Below are positions 11,534 to 22,304 of a stretch of DNA of 64,000 bases, piece after piece (positions within the stretch are counted from its first letter, which is position 1; the number at the start of each line of letters is the position of its first letter). This DNA comes from a phage: sequence record PX880103.1; one strand, given 5' to 3'. Made by a program: the position numbers and the translations under genes. The notes beneath the pieces are model-generated. The model was not told the DNA's origin and did not search any database. It saw only the letters and a program-made list of their open reading frames with translations.

Positions 11534-12712
11534 TTAAAAGTATTTTTTAAAACTCATCATAACTTTATCATCAACGTCATTATCAATCTGTGCTACAAGA
11601 TAAGATGACAGTTCTACTTCTTGCGGCGCGGATTGAACATTATCAGAATTAAGATATTCACGAATCCAAGGATATGGATGTTTAACCGGAGCATCGGTAA
11701 TTGGGCATGGAAGACCACACTGTTTCATACGAGATACAGTTAAGTAATCAATAAAGCTCCACATGCTATTTGTATTTAATCCAGGAACATCGCCATCTTT
11801 AAATAAATGAACTGCCCAATCTTTTTCTTGGCGGTTAACTTCCATGAAAATATCAACTGCTTCTTGTTCACACTCTTGAGCAATTTTAACCCATTCATCG
11901 CCATCAGTGCCAAGTTGAAGTTGACGAATAATATATTGAGTGCCTTTAAGGTGAAGCTGCTCATCACGTGCAATGAACTTCATAATCTTGGCATTACCTT
12001 CCATGATTTCCATATTCTTATGGAAGTTAAAAGTGCATGCGAAAGATACATAAAAACGAATAGCTTCTAAGGCATTAATAACGTGCAAACAGAGGTAAAG
12101 AGATTTCATTAAAGCACGTTTAGCTTCGACTTCATGTTTAATAGCTCGGTTTAAACGAAAGTCGGCATCAGGAGATTCTTTAGCTAGTTCTACAAATTCT
12201 TTAGCATTTTCCCATTCACGGGTTTTAATCAGAACATCATCATAATAGCGACCGATAGATTCAGCACGTTTCATAATAGCTTCATCTAATACAATCTCAT
12301 CAAATACCTTCGATGGATCAGTATAAAGATTTCGCATGATATGTGTATATGAACGACTGTGAATAGTTTCACTAAAAGTCCATGTAGCAACCCATGTATC
12401 AAGGCTTGGGTCTGAAATTAATGACATAAGTACAGCAGACGGCGCACGACCCTGAATGCTATCCAAAAGTGATTGATACTTCAAATTGTTAGTAAAAATA
12501 TTTTGCTGATACTGAGGAAGCTTATTAAACTGCGCAGCATCCATCATTAAGTTTACTTCTTCAGGCCGCCAGAAAAATGACAATTGCTTTTCGGTCAAAT
12601 CTTCAAAAACTTTATGGCGTTGAATATCATAACGCGCAATACCAAGACCTGAACCAAAAAACATGGGTTCTTTTAAAACATCAACTGGATTTGTATTAAA
12701 AACTGTGCTCAT
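11534..12712 (-). CDS. nrdB: ribonucleotide reductase small subunit, uninterrupted (no intron)
   Basis: 392-aa continuous ORF with class Ia R2 features; T4 nrdB carries a group I intron, none here. Confidence 0.92.
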   Translation of the reverse strand: MSTVFNTNPVDVLKEPMFFGSGLGIARYDIQRHKVFEDLTEKQLSFFWRPEEVNLMMDAAQFNKLPQYQQNIFTNNLKYQSLLDSIQGRAPSAVLMSLISDPSLDTWVATWTFSETIHSRSYTHIMRNLYTDPSKVFDEIVLDEAIMKRAESIGRYYDDVLIKTREWENAKEFVELAKESPDADFRLNRAIKHEVEAKRALMKSLYLCLHVINALEAIRFYVSFACTFNFHKNMEIMEGNAKIMKFIARDEQLHLKGTQYIIRQLQLGTDGDEWVKIAQECEQEAVDIFMEVNRQEKDWAVHLFKDGDVPGLNTNSMWSFIDYLTVSRMKQCGLPCPITDAPVKHPYPWIREYLNSDNVQSAPQEVELSSYLVAQIDNDVDDKVMMSFKKYF

Positions 12713-12763
12713 AAATTTTCCGCTTAGTTAATAGTTGGTGACTCGTCCATGAGTCAAATTATA

Positions 12764-15028
12764 TCATAATTTACAGGATGAACAATCTTCAGCTTTTGGA
12801 GTTTCTATTTCATAATCATCAGTACCAGAACCATCGCGGGTATTATGGTAATAGAAATTTTTTCCGCCAAAATACCAGAAATACAAAAGGTCATCAATCA
12901 TTATTGACATTGGAACCTTTCCTTTTGGAAAAATCTGCGGGTCATAGTATGTATTTGCTGAAGCTGATTGACATACCCATTTCAGCATAATAGCTACCTG
13001 CGTAAGATAAGGTTTATTACCTTTCTTAGCTAATTTCCACGTATAATCATAAAGGTCTATGTTATGCTCAATATTGGGCACGACTTGATTAAAGGAACCC
13101 TCTTTTGATTCTTTAACAGAGACTGGTCCACGTGGAGGCTCGATACCATTTGTACTGTTAGAAACTTGGGAAGATGACTCACACGGCATAAGTGCTGATA
13201 ATGTGCTATTACGGATGCCAAAAAGCTTAAGGTCTTCCCGCAGCGACGACCAGTCACAAACGTATTTTGGAGCTGCAATTTGGTCAATCTTTTTATTGTA
13301 CCAGTCGATAGGTAATTCGCCTCGAGACCAACGAGTGTCTGAATAATATTCGCAAGGTCCTTTTTCTTTGGCGAGCTTAATGGATGCTTTAATGAGTCCA
13401 TACTGTAATCTCTCAAATAGTTCATGTGTTAAATCGTTAGCATCTTCATAAGAAGCAAAGTTACTTGCCAGCCAAGCTGCATAGTTAGTAACACCTACAC
13501 CGAGGTTACGACGCTTTTTAGCTTTTTCTGCTTCAGGAACTGGATATCCTTGGTAATCCAAAAGATTATCAAGAGCACGAACTTGAACTTCTGCCAATTC
13601 ATTAATTTTATCTTGGTCTTGCCAATCGAAGTTATCCAACACAAATGCAGATAACGTGCACAAGCCAATTTCAGCATCAGGACTATTCACATCATTTGTT
13701 GGAATAGCAATTTCACAGCACAAGTTACTCTGACGGATAGGTGCCTTTTCACGAATAAACGGAGTATAGTTATTCGTATTATCAATGAACTGTACATAAA
13801 TCCTTGCTGTTCCTGAACGTTCAGTCATGAGCAATTCAAATAGTTCACGGGCTTTAATACGCTTTTTACGAATATTAGGGTCTTTTTCTGCTGCTTCGTA
13901 TAATTCACGGAAACGGTCTTGGTCTTTAAAATAAGAATAATAAAGCTCGCCACCCATTTCATGCGGACTGAATAAAGTAATGTAATCGTTCTTTCCAAAA
14001 CGTTCCATCATTAGGTCATTCAGTTGAACGCCATAATCCATATGACGAATACGGTTTTCTTCTACGCCTTTGTTATTTTTCAAAACGAGAAGATTTTCAA
14101 CTTCCAAATGCCAAATAGGATAATAAGCAGTAGCAGCGCCGCCACGAATTCCACCCTGTGAACATGATTTAACTGCAGTCTGAAAATGTTTCCAAAAAGG
14201 AATAACACCAGTATGGCGTACTTCACCCGTGCCAATCTTAGAACCTTCGGCACGAATCATACCAACGTTAATACCAATTCCAGCGCGTTTAGAGATATAT
14301 TCAACAATTGAAGCAGAAGCCTTATTGATAGACTTCAATGAATCTCCTGCCTCAATAACAACACATGAACTAAACTGTCGAGTCGGAGTACGACAACCAG
14401 CCATAATAGGAGTTGGCAGTGAAATTTGTCGAGTAGATACCGCTTCATAAAAACGGATAACATGTTTTAATCTATCAACAGGTTCATCTTGATGCAATGC
14501 CATTCCAATAGCCATAAATGCAAACTGTGGAGTTTCATAAATTTGACCTGTGGTTTTATCTTTAACTAGATATTTTTCTTTTAATTGCATCGCCCCGGAA
14601 TAAGTAAATTCCATATCCCGCTCGTGCTTAATTTTTGATTCTAAAAATGTAATTTCTTCTGCTGAATATTTTGACAATAATTCAGGGTCATATTTACCTT
14701 CATTTACACAGTAAGAAATATGGTCAATAAATGAACGTGGTTCATACTGCCCGTAAACATGCTTACGAAGAGCAAACATTAAACAGCGTGCAGCTACATA
14801 TTGATAATCAGGTTCTTCAACCGAAATAGAATTCGCAGCGGCCTTAATGACAATAGTCTGAATATCGTCAGTTGTCATTCCATCACGGAGATAAGATTTA
14901 ATATTTTCATATAATTCATAAGGATCTACTGATGTTCCTTCAGCTGCCCAAGATAAAACTTTAATAATTTTTTGTGGGTCAAAGCTCTGAGAAACACCAC
15001 TACTTTTGATAACATTAATTAATTGCAT
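12764..15028 (-). CDS. nrdA: ribonucleotide reductase large subunit
   Basis: 754 aa = T4 NrdA length; ATP-cone N-terminus, active-site NLCCEI motif, C-terminal CxxC tail. Confidence 0.95.
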   Translation of the reverse strand: MQLINVIKSSGVSQSFDPQKIIKVLSWAAEGTSVDPYELYENIKSYLRDGMTTDDIQTIVIKAAANSISVEEPDYQYVAARCLMFALRKHVYGQYEPRSFIDHISYCVNEGKYDPELLSKYSAEEITFLESKIKHERDMEFTYSGAMQLKEKYLVKDKTTGQIYETPQFAFMAIGMALHQDEPVDRLKHVIRFYEAVSTRQISLPTPIMAGCRTPTRQFSSCVVIEAGDSLKSINKASASIVEYISKRAGIGINVGMIRAEGSKIGTGEVRHTGVIPFWKHFQTAVKSCSQGGIRGGAATAYYPIWHLEVENLLVLKNNKGVEENRIRHMDYGVQLNDLMMERFGKNDYITLFSPHEMGGELYYSYFKDQDRFRELYEAAEKDPNIRKKRIKARELFELLMTERSGTARIYVQFIDNTNNYTPFIREKAPIRQSNLCCEIAIPTNDVNSPDAEIGLCTLSAFVLDNFDWQDQDKINELAEVQVRALDNLLDYQGYPVPEAEKAKKRRNLGVGVTNYAAWLASNFASYEDANDLTHELFERLQYGLIKASIKLAKEKGPCEYYSDTRWSRGELPIDWYNKKIDQIAAPKYVCDWSSLREDLKLFGIRNSTLSALMPCESSSQVSNSTNGIEPPRGPVSVKESKEGSFNQVVPNIEHNIDLYDYTWKLAKKGNKPYLTQVAIMLKWVCQSASANTYYDPQIFPKGKVPMSIMIDDLLYFWYFGGKNFYYHNTRDGSGTDDYEIETPKAEDCSSCKL

Positions 15029-15345
15029 AAGTCCTCAACTTGAAAATCGTCTTTAAACAATCGGTTAACTATATGAGCTATTATATCACCATGACACGGC
15101 TTTGGTTTACATGTGCATCCTAGCCTCATTCCACGTAAAGGCTCTAAATGTGCTTTAGTTATTTCTCCGGATTTAATTCGACGTATAAAATCTTTTTTGA
15201 ATAATTCAATGGCAGCCTCCCGGCTGCCAGCATCTTTACCGACGTAATTTCCCCAAAATGTACCGCGGTGAATATTAACATCAAAGTCGGATTTGTATTT
15301 ATTCACTACCCGGCATAGACGGCCCGGTTGGTAATAATTCTTCAT
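15019..15345 (-). CDS. hypothetical protein (nrdA.1 position)
   Basis: 108-aa ORF. Confidence 0.55.
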   Translation of the reverse strand: MKNYYQPGRLCRVVNKYKSDFDVNIHRGTFWGNYVGKDAGSREAAIELFKKDFIRRIKSGEITKAHLEPLRGMRLGCTCKPKPCHGDIIAHIVNRLFKDDFQVEDLCN

Positions 15346-15562
15346 ATTGTTTTTCCGTTAAAACAGTAATATCGTAGTAACAGTCAGAAGAAGTTTTAAC
15401 TGTGGAAATTTTATTATCAAAATACTCACGAGTCATTTTATGAGTATAATATTTTTTACCATAAATGATAATAGGCTGTTCTGGTCCTGGAACTTCTAAC
15501 TCGCTTGGGTTAGGAAGTGTAAAAAGAACGGCACCAGAAGTATCTTTAAATCGTAAAATCAT
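15299..15562 (-). CDS. hypothetical protein (nrdA.2 position)
   Basis: 87-aa ORF. Confidence 0.5.
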   Translation of the reverse strand: MILRFKDTSGAVLFTLPNPSELEVPGPEQPIIIYGKKYYTHKMTREYFDNKISTVKTSSDCYYDITVLTEKQYEELLPTGPSMPGSE

Positions 15563-16419
15563 ATTGCCATTTTCCCTTTAATTGCTGGATGCGATTCATA
15601 ATTTTCAAGGATAAAATCTTTCGGTTTCATGTATTCAGTTAACCAGTAAAGCTGTGTTTCGGTGTCACAATTTCCAAACTCTATAGGCCAATCAATTTTA
15701 AGTTCACACAGTTCTTTAGGCTCACGACGTAAAATTTCTTTACATTGCTCAGTATGATTCATATAGATGTGAGTATTACCACCAGAAAATATCAAATCTC
15801 CTGGGATAAGATTACACATCTTAGCCACAATATGCGTCAAGGCAGCATACGAGGCAATGTTGAATGGCAAGCCTAAGAAAACATCTACACTTCTTTGGTA
15901 CCATTGTAAATCAAGATAACCATTACGCACATTAAACTGATAGAACATATGACAGGGCGGTAATGCCATTTGATTGATTTCAGCTGGATTCCATGCTGAA
16001 ACGATTTGACGTCGATCAGTTGGTAATTTTTTAATACGATCAATAGTTTCAACTAATTGATCCACACCACCGAAATCACGCCATTGTTTACCGTATATAG
16101 GACCAAGTTCACCACTATGATATCCTAGGTCTTTAGCCTGGTTTTCATAGTTATCGTCCCAAATAGTTTTACCTTGAATAAGACTACCATGAGTGCGAAG
16201 ACGTAAATCATTAACATTGGTAGAACCGGAAATAAACCATAGAAGCTCAGCAATGCATGCATTCCAAGCGAGCTTCTTAGTTGTTACTGCAGGAAAACCT
16301 TTAGTTAAATCCCAGCGTAATTTAGTACCGAACAAAGCAATTGTTCCTGTGCCTGTTCGGTCATCGGTTTCATAACCATTTTCAAAAATGTCTTTAATTA
16401 AATCTTGGTATTGTTTCAT
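15559..16419 (-). CDS. td: thymidylate synthase, uninterrupted (no intron)
   Basis: 286 aa = T4 Td length; ThyA motifs incl. active-site PPCH; single continuous ORF. Confidence 0.95.
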   Translation of the reverse strand: MKQYQDLIKDIFENGYETDDRTGTGTIALFGTKLRWDLTKGFPAVTTKKLAWNACIAELLWFISGSTNVNDLRLRTHGSLIQGKTIWDDNYENQAKDLGYHSGELGPIYGKQWRDFGGVDQLVETIDRIKKLPTDRRQIVSAWNPAEINQMALPPCHMFYQFNVRNGYLDLQWYQRSVDVFLGLPFNIASYAALTHIVAKMCNLIPGDLIFSGGNTHIYMNHTEQCKEILRREPKELCELKIDWPIEFGNCDTETQLYWLTEYMKPKDFILENYESHPAIKGKMAI

Positions 16420-16464
16420 TTAGTACCTTATATAAATTATAATACATTTTATGAAGCTAAATAA

Positions 16465-16812
16465 TCAATACGGTTTAGCATCAAATTTTCTCTCAATTTC
16501 AGGTGTGAAATATAATTCTTTACCACGTTTGGAAAAGCGACCAATAATATGATAATTATTCTCATCAAACGTGATATTACCAATATCCATAGCTTTCAAC
16601 CAAATATCGATATTTCTATCAAGCTTTATGTCAAAATTCCAATACAGAGAACTATTACCGAAAATACTACAAGCGGATTCAGTGAAACAACTGCTATAAA
16701 TCTTGTCTTTAGGAACTACTAATTGATAGACACCTTTAATAAACTGAGGACCCTGCCATTTTGGCTGTTTCACGTCTTTTTCTAATAGAATAGGGTAATA
16801 ATTAAAATTCAT
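16465..16812 (-). CDS. hypothetical protein inserted between frd and td
   Basis: 115-aa ORF with no recognisable motif; occupies an interval that I recall as a direct frd-td overlap in T4. Confidence 0.5.
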   Translation of the reverse strand: MNFNYYPILLEKDVKQPKWQGPQFIKGVYQLVVPKDKIYSSCFTESACSIFGNSSLYWNFDIKLDRNIDIWLKAMDIGNITFDENNYHIIGRFSKRGKELYFTPEIERKFDAKPY

Positions 16813-16831
16813 ATTTCCGCCACGCGTTATT

Positions 16832-17658
<827 letters not shown>

Positions 17659-17668
17659 ATTATTTTCC

Positions 17669-17911
17669 TTAAACAGACTTTTTCACAATTTTCCAATCAG
17701 CTTTAAACTGGTCGACGTCAGAATGGTAAATCCAGAATCCTGCGCTTTCTCCGTCTTCATAAAGAGGACATCCATCGCATTCATCTTCCCATCCCATATC
17801 ACGTAAAAGGTGTTCAGCTTTTTCAACAAGTTCAGAATCTTTACCGATGATATTAAAATACCATTTACCTCTAACTTCTGAATCTTTAATGCTCTGACGC
17901 TGTAATCTCAT
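17669..17911 (-). CDS. hypothetical protein (frd.2 position)
   Basis: 80-aa ORF. Confidence 0.55.
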   Translation of the reverse strand: MRLQRQSIKDSEVRGKWYFNIIGKDSELVEKAEHLLRDMGWEDECDGCPLYEDGESAGFWIYHSDVDQFKADWKIVKKSV

Positions 17912-17924
17912 TTTATTCTCCTCA

Positions 17925-17968
17925 AGTTGATAAGGCTATAGTATCATTACCATAGCCTGTTGTAAACA
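17925..17968 (-). promoter_or_regulatory. sigma70-type early promoter
   Basis: Minus-strand GTTTAC (plus 17962-17967) with TATAGT-like -10. Confidence 0.5.
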
Positions 17969-17969
17969 T

Positions 17970-18197
17970 TTATTTTTGGATTAATCCCATATAAAATTTA
18001 GCATCTTCAGGATACATGCCATCACAATACTCATTGGTCATAAAACTAATAAGGTCTTCAAGAGGACCTTGAACTTCAATTTGAATACTAAAGAATTGGG
18101 TATCTTTAATGTAAGCCATACTCAAAGAAGGATAACGATTGCGGATAACTTCGTAAGTGTATTCAAAATCAACAATATCAATATTAACCTTAGCCAT
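17970..18197 (-). CDS. small acidic protein, paralog A (starts [13 protein letters not shown])
   Basis: Internal ATG preferred over track start; clearly paralogous to 18663..18887. Confidence 0.55.
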   Translation of the reverse strand: MAKVNIDIVDFEYTYEVIRNRYPSLSMAYIKDTQFFSIQIEVQGPLEDLISFMTNEYCDGMYPEDAKFYMGLIQK

Positions 18198-18219
18198 TTT
18201 ATTTTCCTCATGTAGTTGA

Positions 18220-18258
18220 TAGGGCAATAGTATCACACTACTACCCTTCTGTAAACTA
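18220..18258 (-). promoter_or_regulatory. sigma70-type early promoter
   Basis: Minus-strand GTTTAC (plus 18251-18256) and TAnnnT -10 upstream of paralog A. Confidence 0.5.
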
Positions 18259-18615
18259 CTTTTTGAAAGTTTTTCGCAAAAGTTCAATGATTTCGTCTAC
18301 ATTGTTTTCATCTACAATGCAGTGAATTTTTGTTACGCCAGAAACTAGGTATTCGTCTTCTTCAGAAGTCGGTTCTTTATATTCACGAAAACAATGAAAT
18401 TCGTCTTCACAGACGTTAAAGTAAAAATGCTTTCCATTTGCGCATTCAATGTGTTTTATTACTCTAAATCCATCAACAAAGAAAGCTTCTTTAACTTCAA
18501 ACCATCCGCCATTTTCTTGAATAATTTTAACTATTGCTGAATTAGAACGTGGACGATAATTAATAAATGTATCAATAAGTCTTGGAACAAGTTCATACTT
18601 TTTACCGATATACAT
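18256..18615 (-). CDS. hypothetical protein
   Basis: 119-aa ORF. Confidence 0.5.
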   Translation of the reverse strand: MYIGKKYELVPRLIDTFINYRPRSNSAIVKIIQENGGWFEVKEAFFVDGFRVIKHIECANGKHFYFNVCEDEFHCFREYKEPTSEEDEYLVSGVTKIHCIVDENNVDEIIELLRKTFKK

Positions 18616-18662
18616 TTTCTTTTCCTCATTTTAATAGGGGCTTGATAGCCCCTTGATAATTA

Positions 18663-18887
18663 CTATTCAATAAATCCTGTGTAAAATTCTACATCTTCAG
18701 CATCCATACCGTCGCAGTATTCATTAACCATAAACTGTTTAAGACGATTTAAAGGACCTTCAATAACAACTGAAACATTACAATTAGGATCATTTAGTGC
18801 GCTTATGATACTAAGTTCAGGATAACGATTACGAATAATTTCTTCAATATATTCAAAATCAACAACATCAATATCAATTTTAGCCAT
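18663..18887 (-). CDS. small acidic protein, paralog B (starts [13 protein letters not shown])
   Basis: Internal ATG preferred; shares RNRYP...EGPL...F..NEYCDGM with paralog A. Confidence 0.55.
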   Translation of the reverse strand: MAKIDIDVVDFEYIEEIIRNRYPELSIISALNDPNCNVSVVIEGPLNRLKQFMVNEYCDGMDAEDVEFYTGFIE

Positions 18888-18917
18888 ATTATTTTCCTCT
18901 TTAATTATCAGCAGTAT

Positions 18918-18960
18918 TGCCGATAGTTGTATAGTACCATAAAGCTTTATGCTTGTAAAC
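18918..18960 (-). promoter_or_regulatory. sigma70-type early promoter
   Basis: Minus-strand GTTTAC (plus 18955-18960) plus -10. Confidence 0.5.
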
Positions 18961-18974
18961 AACTTTGTGAAAAA

Positions 18975-19008
18975 TTTTTAAAATAAAAAGGGGACCTCTA
19001 GGGTCCCC
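18975..19008 (-). terminator. rho-independent terminator downstream of gene 32
   Basis: Hairpin ggggaccctagaggtcccc followed by TTTTTATTTT on the minus strand. Confidence 0.55.
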
Positions 19009-19030
19009 AATTAATTAGTAATATAATCTG

Positions 19031-19939
19031 TTAAAGGTCATTCAAAAGGTCATCCAGGTCCGTGTCATCAGCACTAGATGAACTACCAGAGCTTGAGCTC
19101 ATAAAATCATCTTCAGTTTTTGTATTGAAGTCATCAACATTGAATGCATCCAAATCATCAGCAACTTTATCAGCTTTCTTAGCGGCAGTCGCTGCGGCAC
19201 CACCCATAGCAGCAGTTCCCATAACTTGACTGAACTTAGTGCTCAATTCTTCAAACGATTTGAATTTATCTTTAGAAGTCATTTCAGAAAGGTCAACCAT
19301 TTGTTCGAACAGTTCTTTCTGGAAAGATTCATCATCAATGTTTGGAATCGCAGATTGATTCAGGAATTTAGATTCGTCGTAGTTACTAAAACCAGAAACT
19401 TGTTTAACTTTCAGTACAAAGTTAGCACCTTCCCACGGACAAGTTACATCAACTGGAGTTTCACCCATTTCAACATCAACTGCAATCATTGCATTGATTT
19501 TATCCCAGATTTTCTTACCGAAACGGTATTTAAATACTTTACCTTCATTTTCTGGAGCAGCTGGGTCTTTTACTACAAGAATATTAGCCCAATAAGAAGT
19601 TTTACGTTTAACAAGGCTGTACTCTTTATTGTCAGTGTTGTACAGATCATTTTTACTGATGTATTGACATACTGGGCAAGAATCGTAATCACCGTGGGTA
19701 GATGAACAGTTTTCAATATACCATTTACCATTTTTCTTGAAACCGTGATTTACAAGAATTGCGAATGGTGCTTGTTCATCATTTTTAGACGGAAGAAAAC
19801 GAATTACTGCTTGACCATTACCCGCATTGTCGAGTTTCAGTTTCCACTCGCCTTTATCTTCAGAAGAAAAACCACCTTTGTTTCCAGCCAGTTTAGCCAT
19901 TTGTGCAGCGAGTTCAGCAGTAGATTTACGTTTAAACAT
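19031..19939 (-). CDS. 32: gp32 single-stranded DNA-binding protein
   Basis: 302 aa; [18 protein letters not shown]-terminus, zinc site, acidic Ser/Asp C-terminus as in T4 gp32. Confidence 0.95.
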   Translation of the reverse strand: MFKRKSTAELAAQMAKLAGNKGGFSSEDKGEWKLKLDNAGNGQAVIRFLPSKNDEQAPFAILVNHGFKKNGKWYIENCSSTHGDYDSCPVCQYISKNDLYNTDNKEYSLVKRKTSYWANILVVKDPAAPENEGKVFKYRFGKKIWDKINAMIAVDVEMGETPVDVTCPWEGANFVLKVKQVSGFSNYDESKFLNQSAIPNIDDESFQKELFEQMVDLSEMTSKDKFKSFEELSTKFSQVMGTAAMGGAAATAAKKADKVADDLDAFNVDDFNTKTEDDFMSSSSGSSSSADDTDLDDLLNDL

Positions 19940-20038
19940 TTTTATTTCCTTTTTAATTTAATTAACAGTTGGTGCTATGACGATGTATGACCTCATAGCT
20001 GGTCAGTGAGGTAATTATAATCTATTTATAATAAGCAA

Positions 20039-20692
20039 TTAATACTTACAAGATTTCACAGTTTCAATGAAAACATTTTTAGCTTTCTGTGAATCAATAT
20101 TTAAAATTTTTCTATAAGCCTTTAACTTTATAGAATAATTATTCCAGACTAAATTATCAGTCTGTTCATCATGTTTATCAATTATATTTAAAAATGAATC
20201 AAGCAAGATAAACGTCTCAAACGAAATTATGTTCGATTGCAGAAGTTTAAAAATATAACTTGACTGAACTTTTGGATTATACTCAAAGATTTCTTTAAAA
20301 GCAGAAACTTCAACTTTTTTACTAAAATAATAAATGTTGCGAATATCTTCTTCAAACTTAAACTTAATTTGCTTTAAGCGTCCGATATATTCACGATAAA
20401 ACACAAGTGCATCAGCGTCAGAGATGTCACCAATCCAAGCATCTTGGTTAGCAACCAAATTGCTTATAAAGATTAAAGCAAGTTCCTTTAATTTATATTT
20501 TTCTGATAACTTCTGGAAAAAATACTTATCCCTTCGCTTTTGATAAGCGGCATCAGACACCCGCATGCACCAATTATACTTAATTACATCATACTTTCCA
20601 TTCATATGTTGTTTTATCATTAAGTATAATTTATAAACTGATTTACCATCAATGTATCTTTCACCACCAGCAGGCATGCGGAGTTTAATCAT
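20039..20692 (-). CDS. 59: gp59 helicase loader
   Basis: 217 aa = T4 gp59 length; position downstream of gene 33. Confidence 0.9.
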   Translation of the reverse strand: MIKLRMPAGGERYIDGKSVYKLYLMIKQHMNGKYDVIKYNWCMRVSDAAYQKRRDKYFFQKLSEKYKLKELALIFISNLVANQDAWIGDISDADALVFYREYIGRLKQIKFKFEEDIRNIYYFSKKVEVSAFKEIFEYNPKVQSSYIFKLLQSNIISFETFILLDSFLNIIDKHDEQTDNLVWNNYSIKLKAYRKILNIDSQKAKNVFIETVKSCKY

Positions 20693-21027
20693 AGCAGAAA
20701 ATCTAATGTATTAGTTTTTTCACAACGAACAACAGAAGGACGTAAAAGATTTTCGTCAATAGCTTCTGACTGAATTTTTTCAATTATACCCGAAGGAATA
20801 AATTTAGCAAATTGAGTTTCAGGAATAGAGTTTTCTTCCAAGAATGCTGTCGTAGCTTCAAGATAACTCATTCCAAACTCTTCTACCATTTTTTCAATAA
20901 TAAATCCATTTTCTTGACGATCAAGAAGCTTTGCTATTTCATCCTTTTCTTTCTTAATTGAAAGTTCTTTTTCTGAAAGACCGGTCTCATCGACCGGACG
21001 AATATCATTTAGAGAAAACTGTGTCAT
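20689..21027 (-). CDS. 33: gp33 late-transcription co-activator
   Basis: 112 aa from MTQFSLNDIRPVD; position between dsbA and 59. Confidence 0.85.
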   Translation of the reverse strand: MTQFSLNDIRPVDETGLSEKELSIKKEKDEIAKLLDRQENGFIIEKMVEEFGMSYLEATTAFLEENSIPETQFAKFIPSGIIEKIQSEAIDENLLRPSVVRCEKTNTLDFLL

Positions 21028-21274
21028 AAAGTTCAACTACCTCTTCAGTTTCAGCTTCAAACACATCACGATTATCTTTATGATACAAAGCTAATAGACG
21101 ATTAAACATCTTACCATCAACGCCAAGTTCATCTTTAGCACGAATTCGAATATCTTTAATCAGTTCATTATAACCGGAAATTTTCAGTTTATGATCAGAT
21201 GCTTCTTTAATAAATTTAGCCAAATCTTCGCCATGGATAGCTTCATCAAATTCAACCATTTCTTTTTTAGCCAT
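21005..21274 (-). CDS. dsbA: DsbA double-stranded DNA-binding protein
   Basis: 89 aa = T4 DsbA length and position. Confidence 0.85.
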   Translation of the reverse strand: MAKKEMVEFDEAIHGEDLAKFIKEASDHKLKISGYNELIKDIRIRAKDELGVDGKMFNRLLALYHKDNRDVFEAETEEVVELYDTVFSK

Positions 21275-21282
21275 TATTCACC

Positions 21283-22200
21283 TCAAAATTCATTAATGCT
21301 ATTAGTTAATTTAGAAAGACCCGCTTTTACAAAATATGAATAAATTTTGCCACGCGGTGGTAATTTATATGAATTATAGTAATTCACAATGTTTGAAGCA
21401 ATATTATCAGGAATATAATCAAAATCAATTAGAACTAAATTTTCTTTATAACGATTATATTCAGATTCTGTGAGAAGCACCTTAGCTTGCTCACGGTCAT
21501 TAGCAATAGCTTCAACGATTGAAGTTTTCATTGAAGGAGTTCGTTCACCTTCAACTCTGGTAAACCAAAAGTCAGATCGTACTTTAACTGAAGCAACGTT
21601 ATCCTTTTTGTCGCCTTTAAGGATTTTAGTCATACAGTCAATTTCAGCAGAACCGCTTTTAATTTTAACCCATTTCTTGTGCATCGGTGACCATTGCTTA
21701 ACATTTGGATATTTGTGAAGTTGAGTAAAGTCACCATCCGACGAAATGATTAAAATCTTGTGTCCTTCTAAAGAGAACTTTTTAACAAGAACAGCAATAT
21801 GGTCATCTGCTTCATACTTATCAATATCCATAACAATGTATGGCATATAAGCTTTCAATTCATCTATAACTTTATGGCTGGATTCAAAATAACCTTCCCA
21901 GTCCCAAGTAGATTCTTCTCGTGCTTTTCCACGGTTTTTCTTATAATAATAAGCAAAATCACGACGCCAATATCCAGATTTCGCGTTATCAATACACAAC
22001 ACGATTTTAGTGTATCCAAGAGTTTTTGCTTTTTTGACATTAAACTTAATTGAGTTCAATATCAAATGACGAACCATTGATAAATTAATTTTTTCTTTAT
22101 CTGGGAAGTTTACCAAAGCAGTTGAAAGCGCAATTTGACTAAAGTCAATAAAGCAAATTCCTTCTTTGTAATCTTCATCCAGCATCATTTCTAAATCCAT
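21283..22200 (-). CDS. rnh: RNase H (5'-3' exonuclease / flap endonuclease)
   Basis: 305 aa from MDLEMMLDEDYKEG; FEN-family acidic residues; T4 Rnh position. Confidence 0.9.
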   Translation of the reverse strand: MDLEMMLDEDYKEGICFIDFSQIALSTALVNFPDKEKINLSMVRHLILNSIKFNVKKAKTLGYTKIVLCIDNAKSGYWRRDFAYYYKKNRGKAREESTWDWEGYFESSHKVIDELKAYMPYIVMDIDKYEADDHIAVLVKKFSLEGHKILIISSDGDFTQLHKYPNVKQWSPMHKKWVKIKSGSAEIDCMTKILKGDKKDNVASVKVRSDFWFTRVEGERTPSMKTSIVEAIANDREQAKVLLTESEYNRYKENLVLIDFDYIPDNIASNIVNYYNSYKLPPRGKIYSYFVKAGLSKLTNSINEF

Positions 22201-22224
22201 ATGAACCTCGTTCAATTAGTGAGA

Positions 22225-22260
22225 TTTCTATTATATACCATCCAAATCTTAAAGTAAACA
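22225..22260 (-). promoter_or_regulatory. sigma70-type early promoter for rnh
   Basis: Minus-strand GTTTAC (plus 22254-22259) and TATAAT-like -10. Confidence 0.45.
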
Positions 22261-22262
22261 AG

Positions 22263-22270
22263 TATAAATA
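22263..22270 (+). promoter_or_regulatory. late promoter TATAAATA for gene 34
   Basis: Exact TATAAATA ~35 nt upstream of the gene 34 ATG. Confidence 0.65.
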
Positions 22271-22304
22271 CTTATTATTGAAAACACAATAGGAGCCCGG
22301 GAGA

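Noticed and set aside
15559-16419. Group I introns in td and nrdB (as in T4)
   Set aside because: Both genes read as single uninterrupted ORFs of the expected protein length
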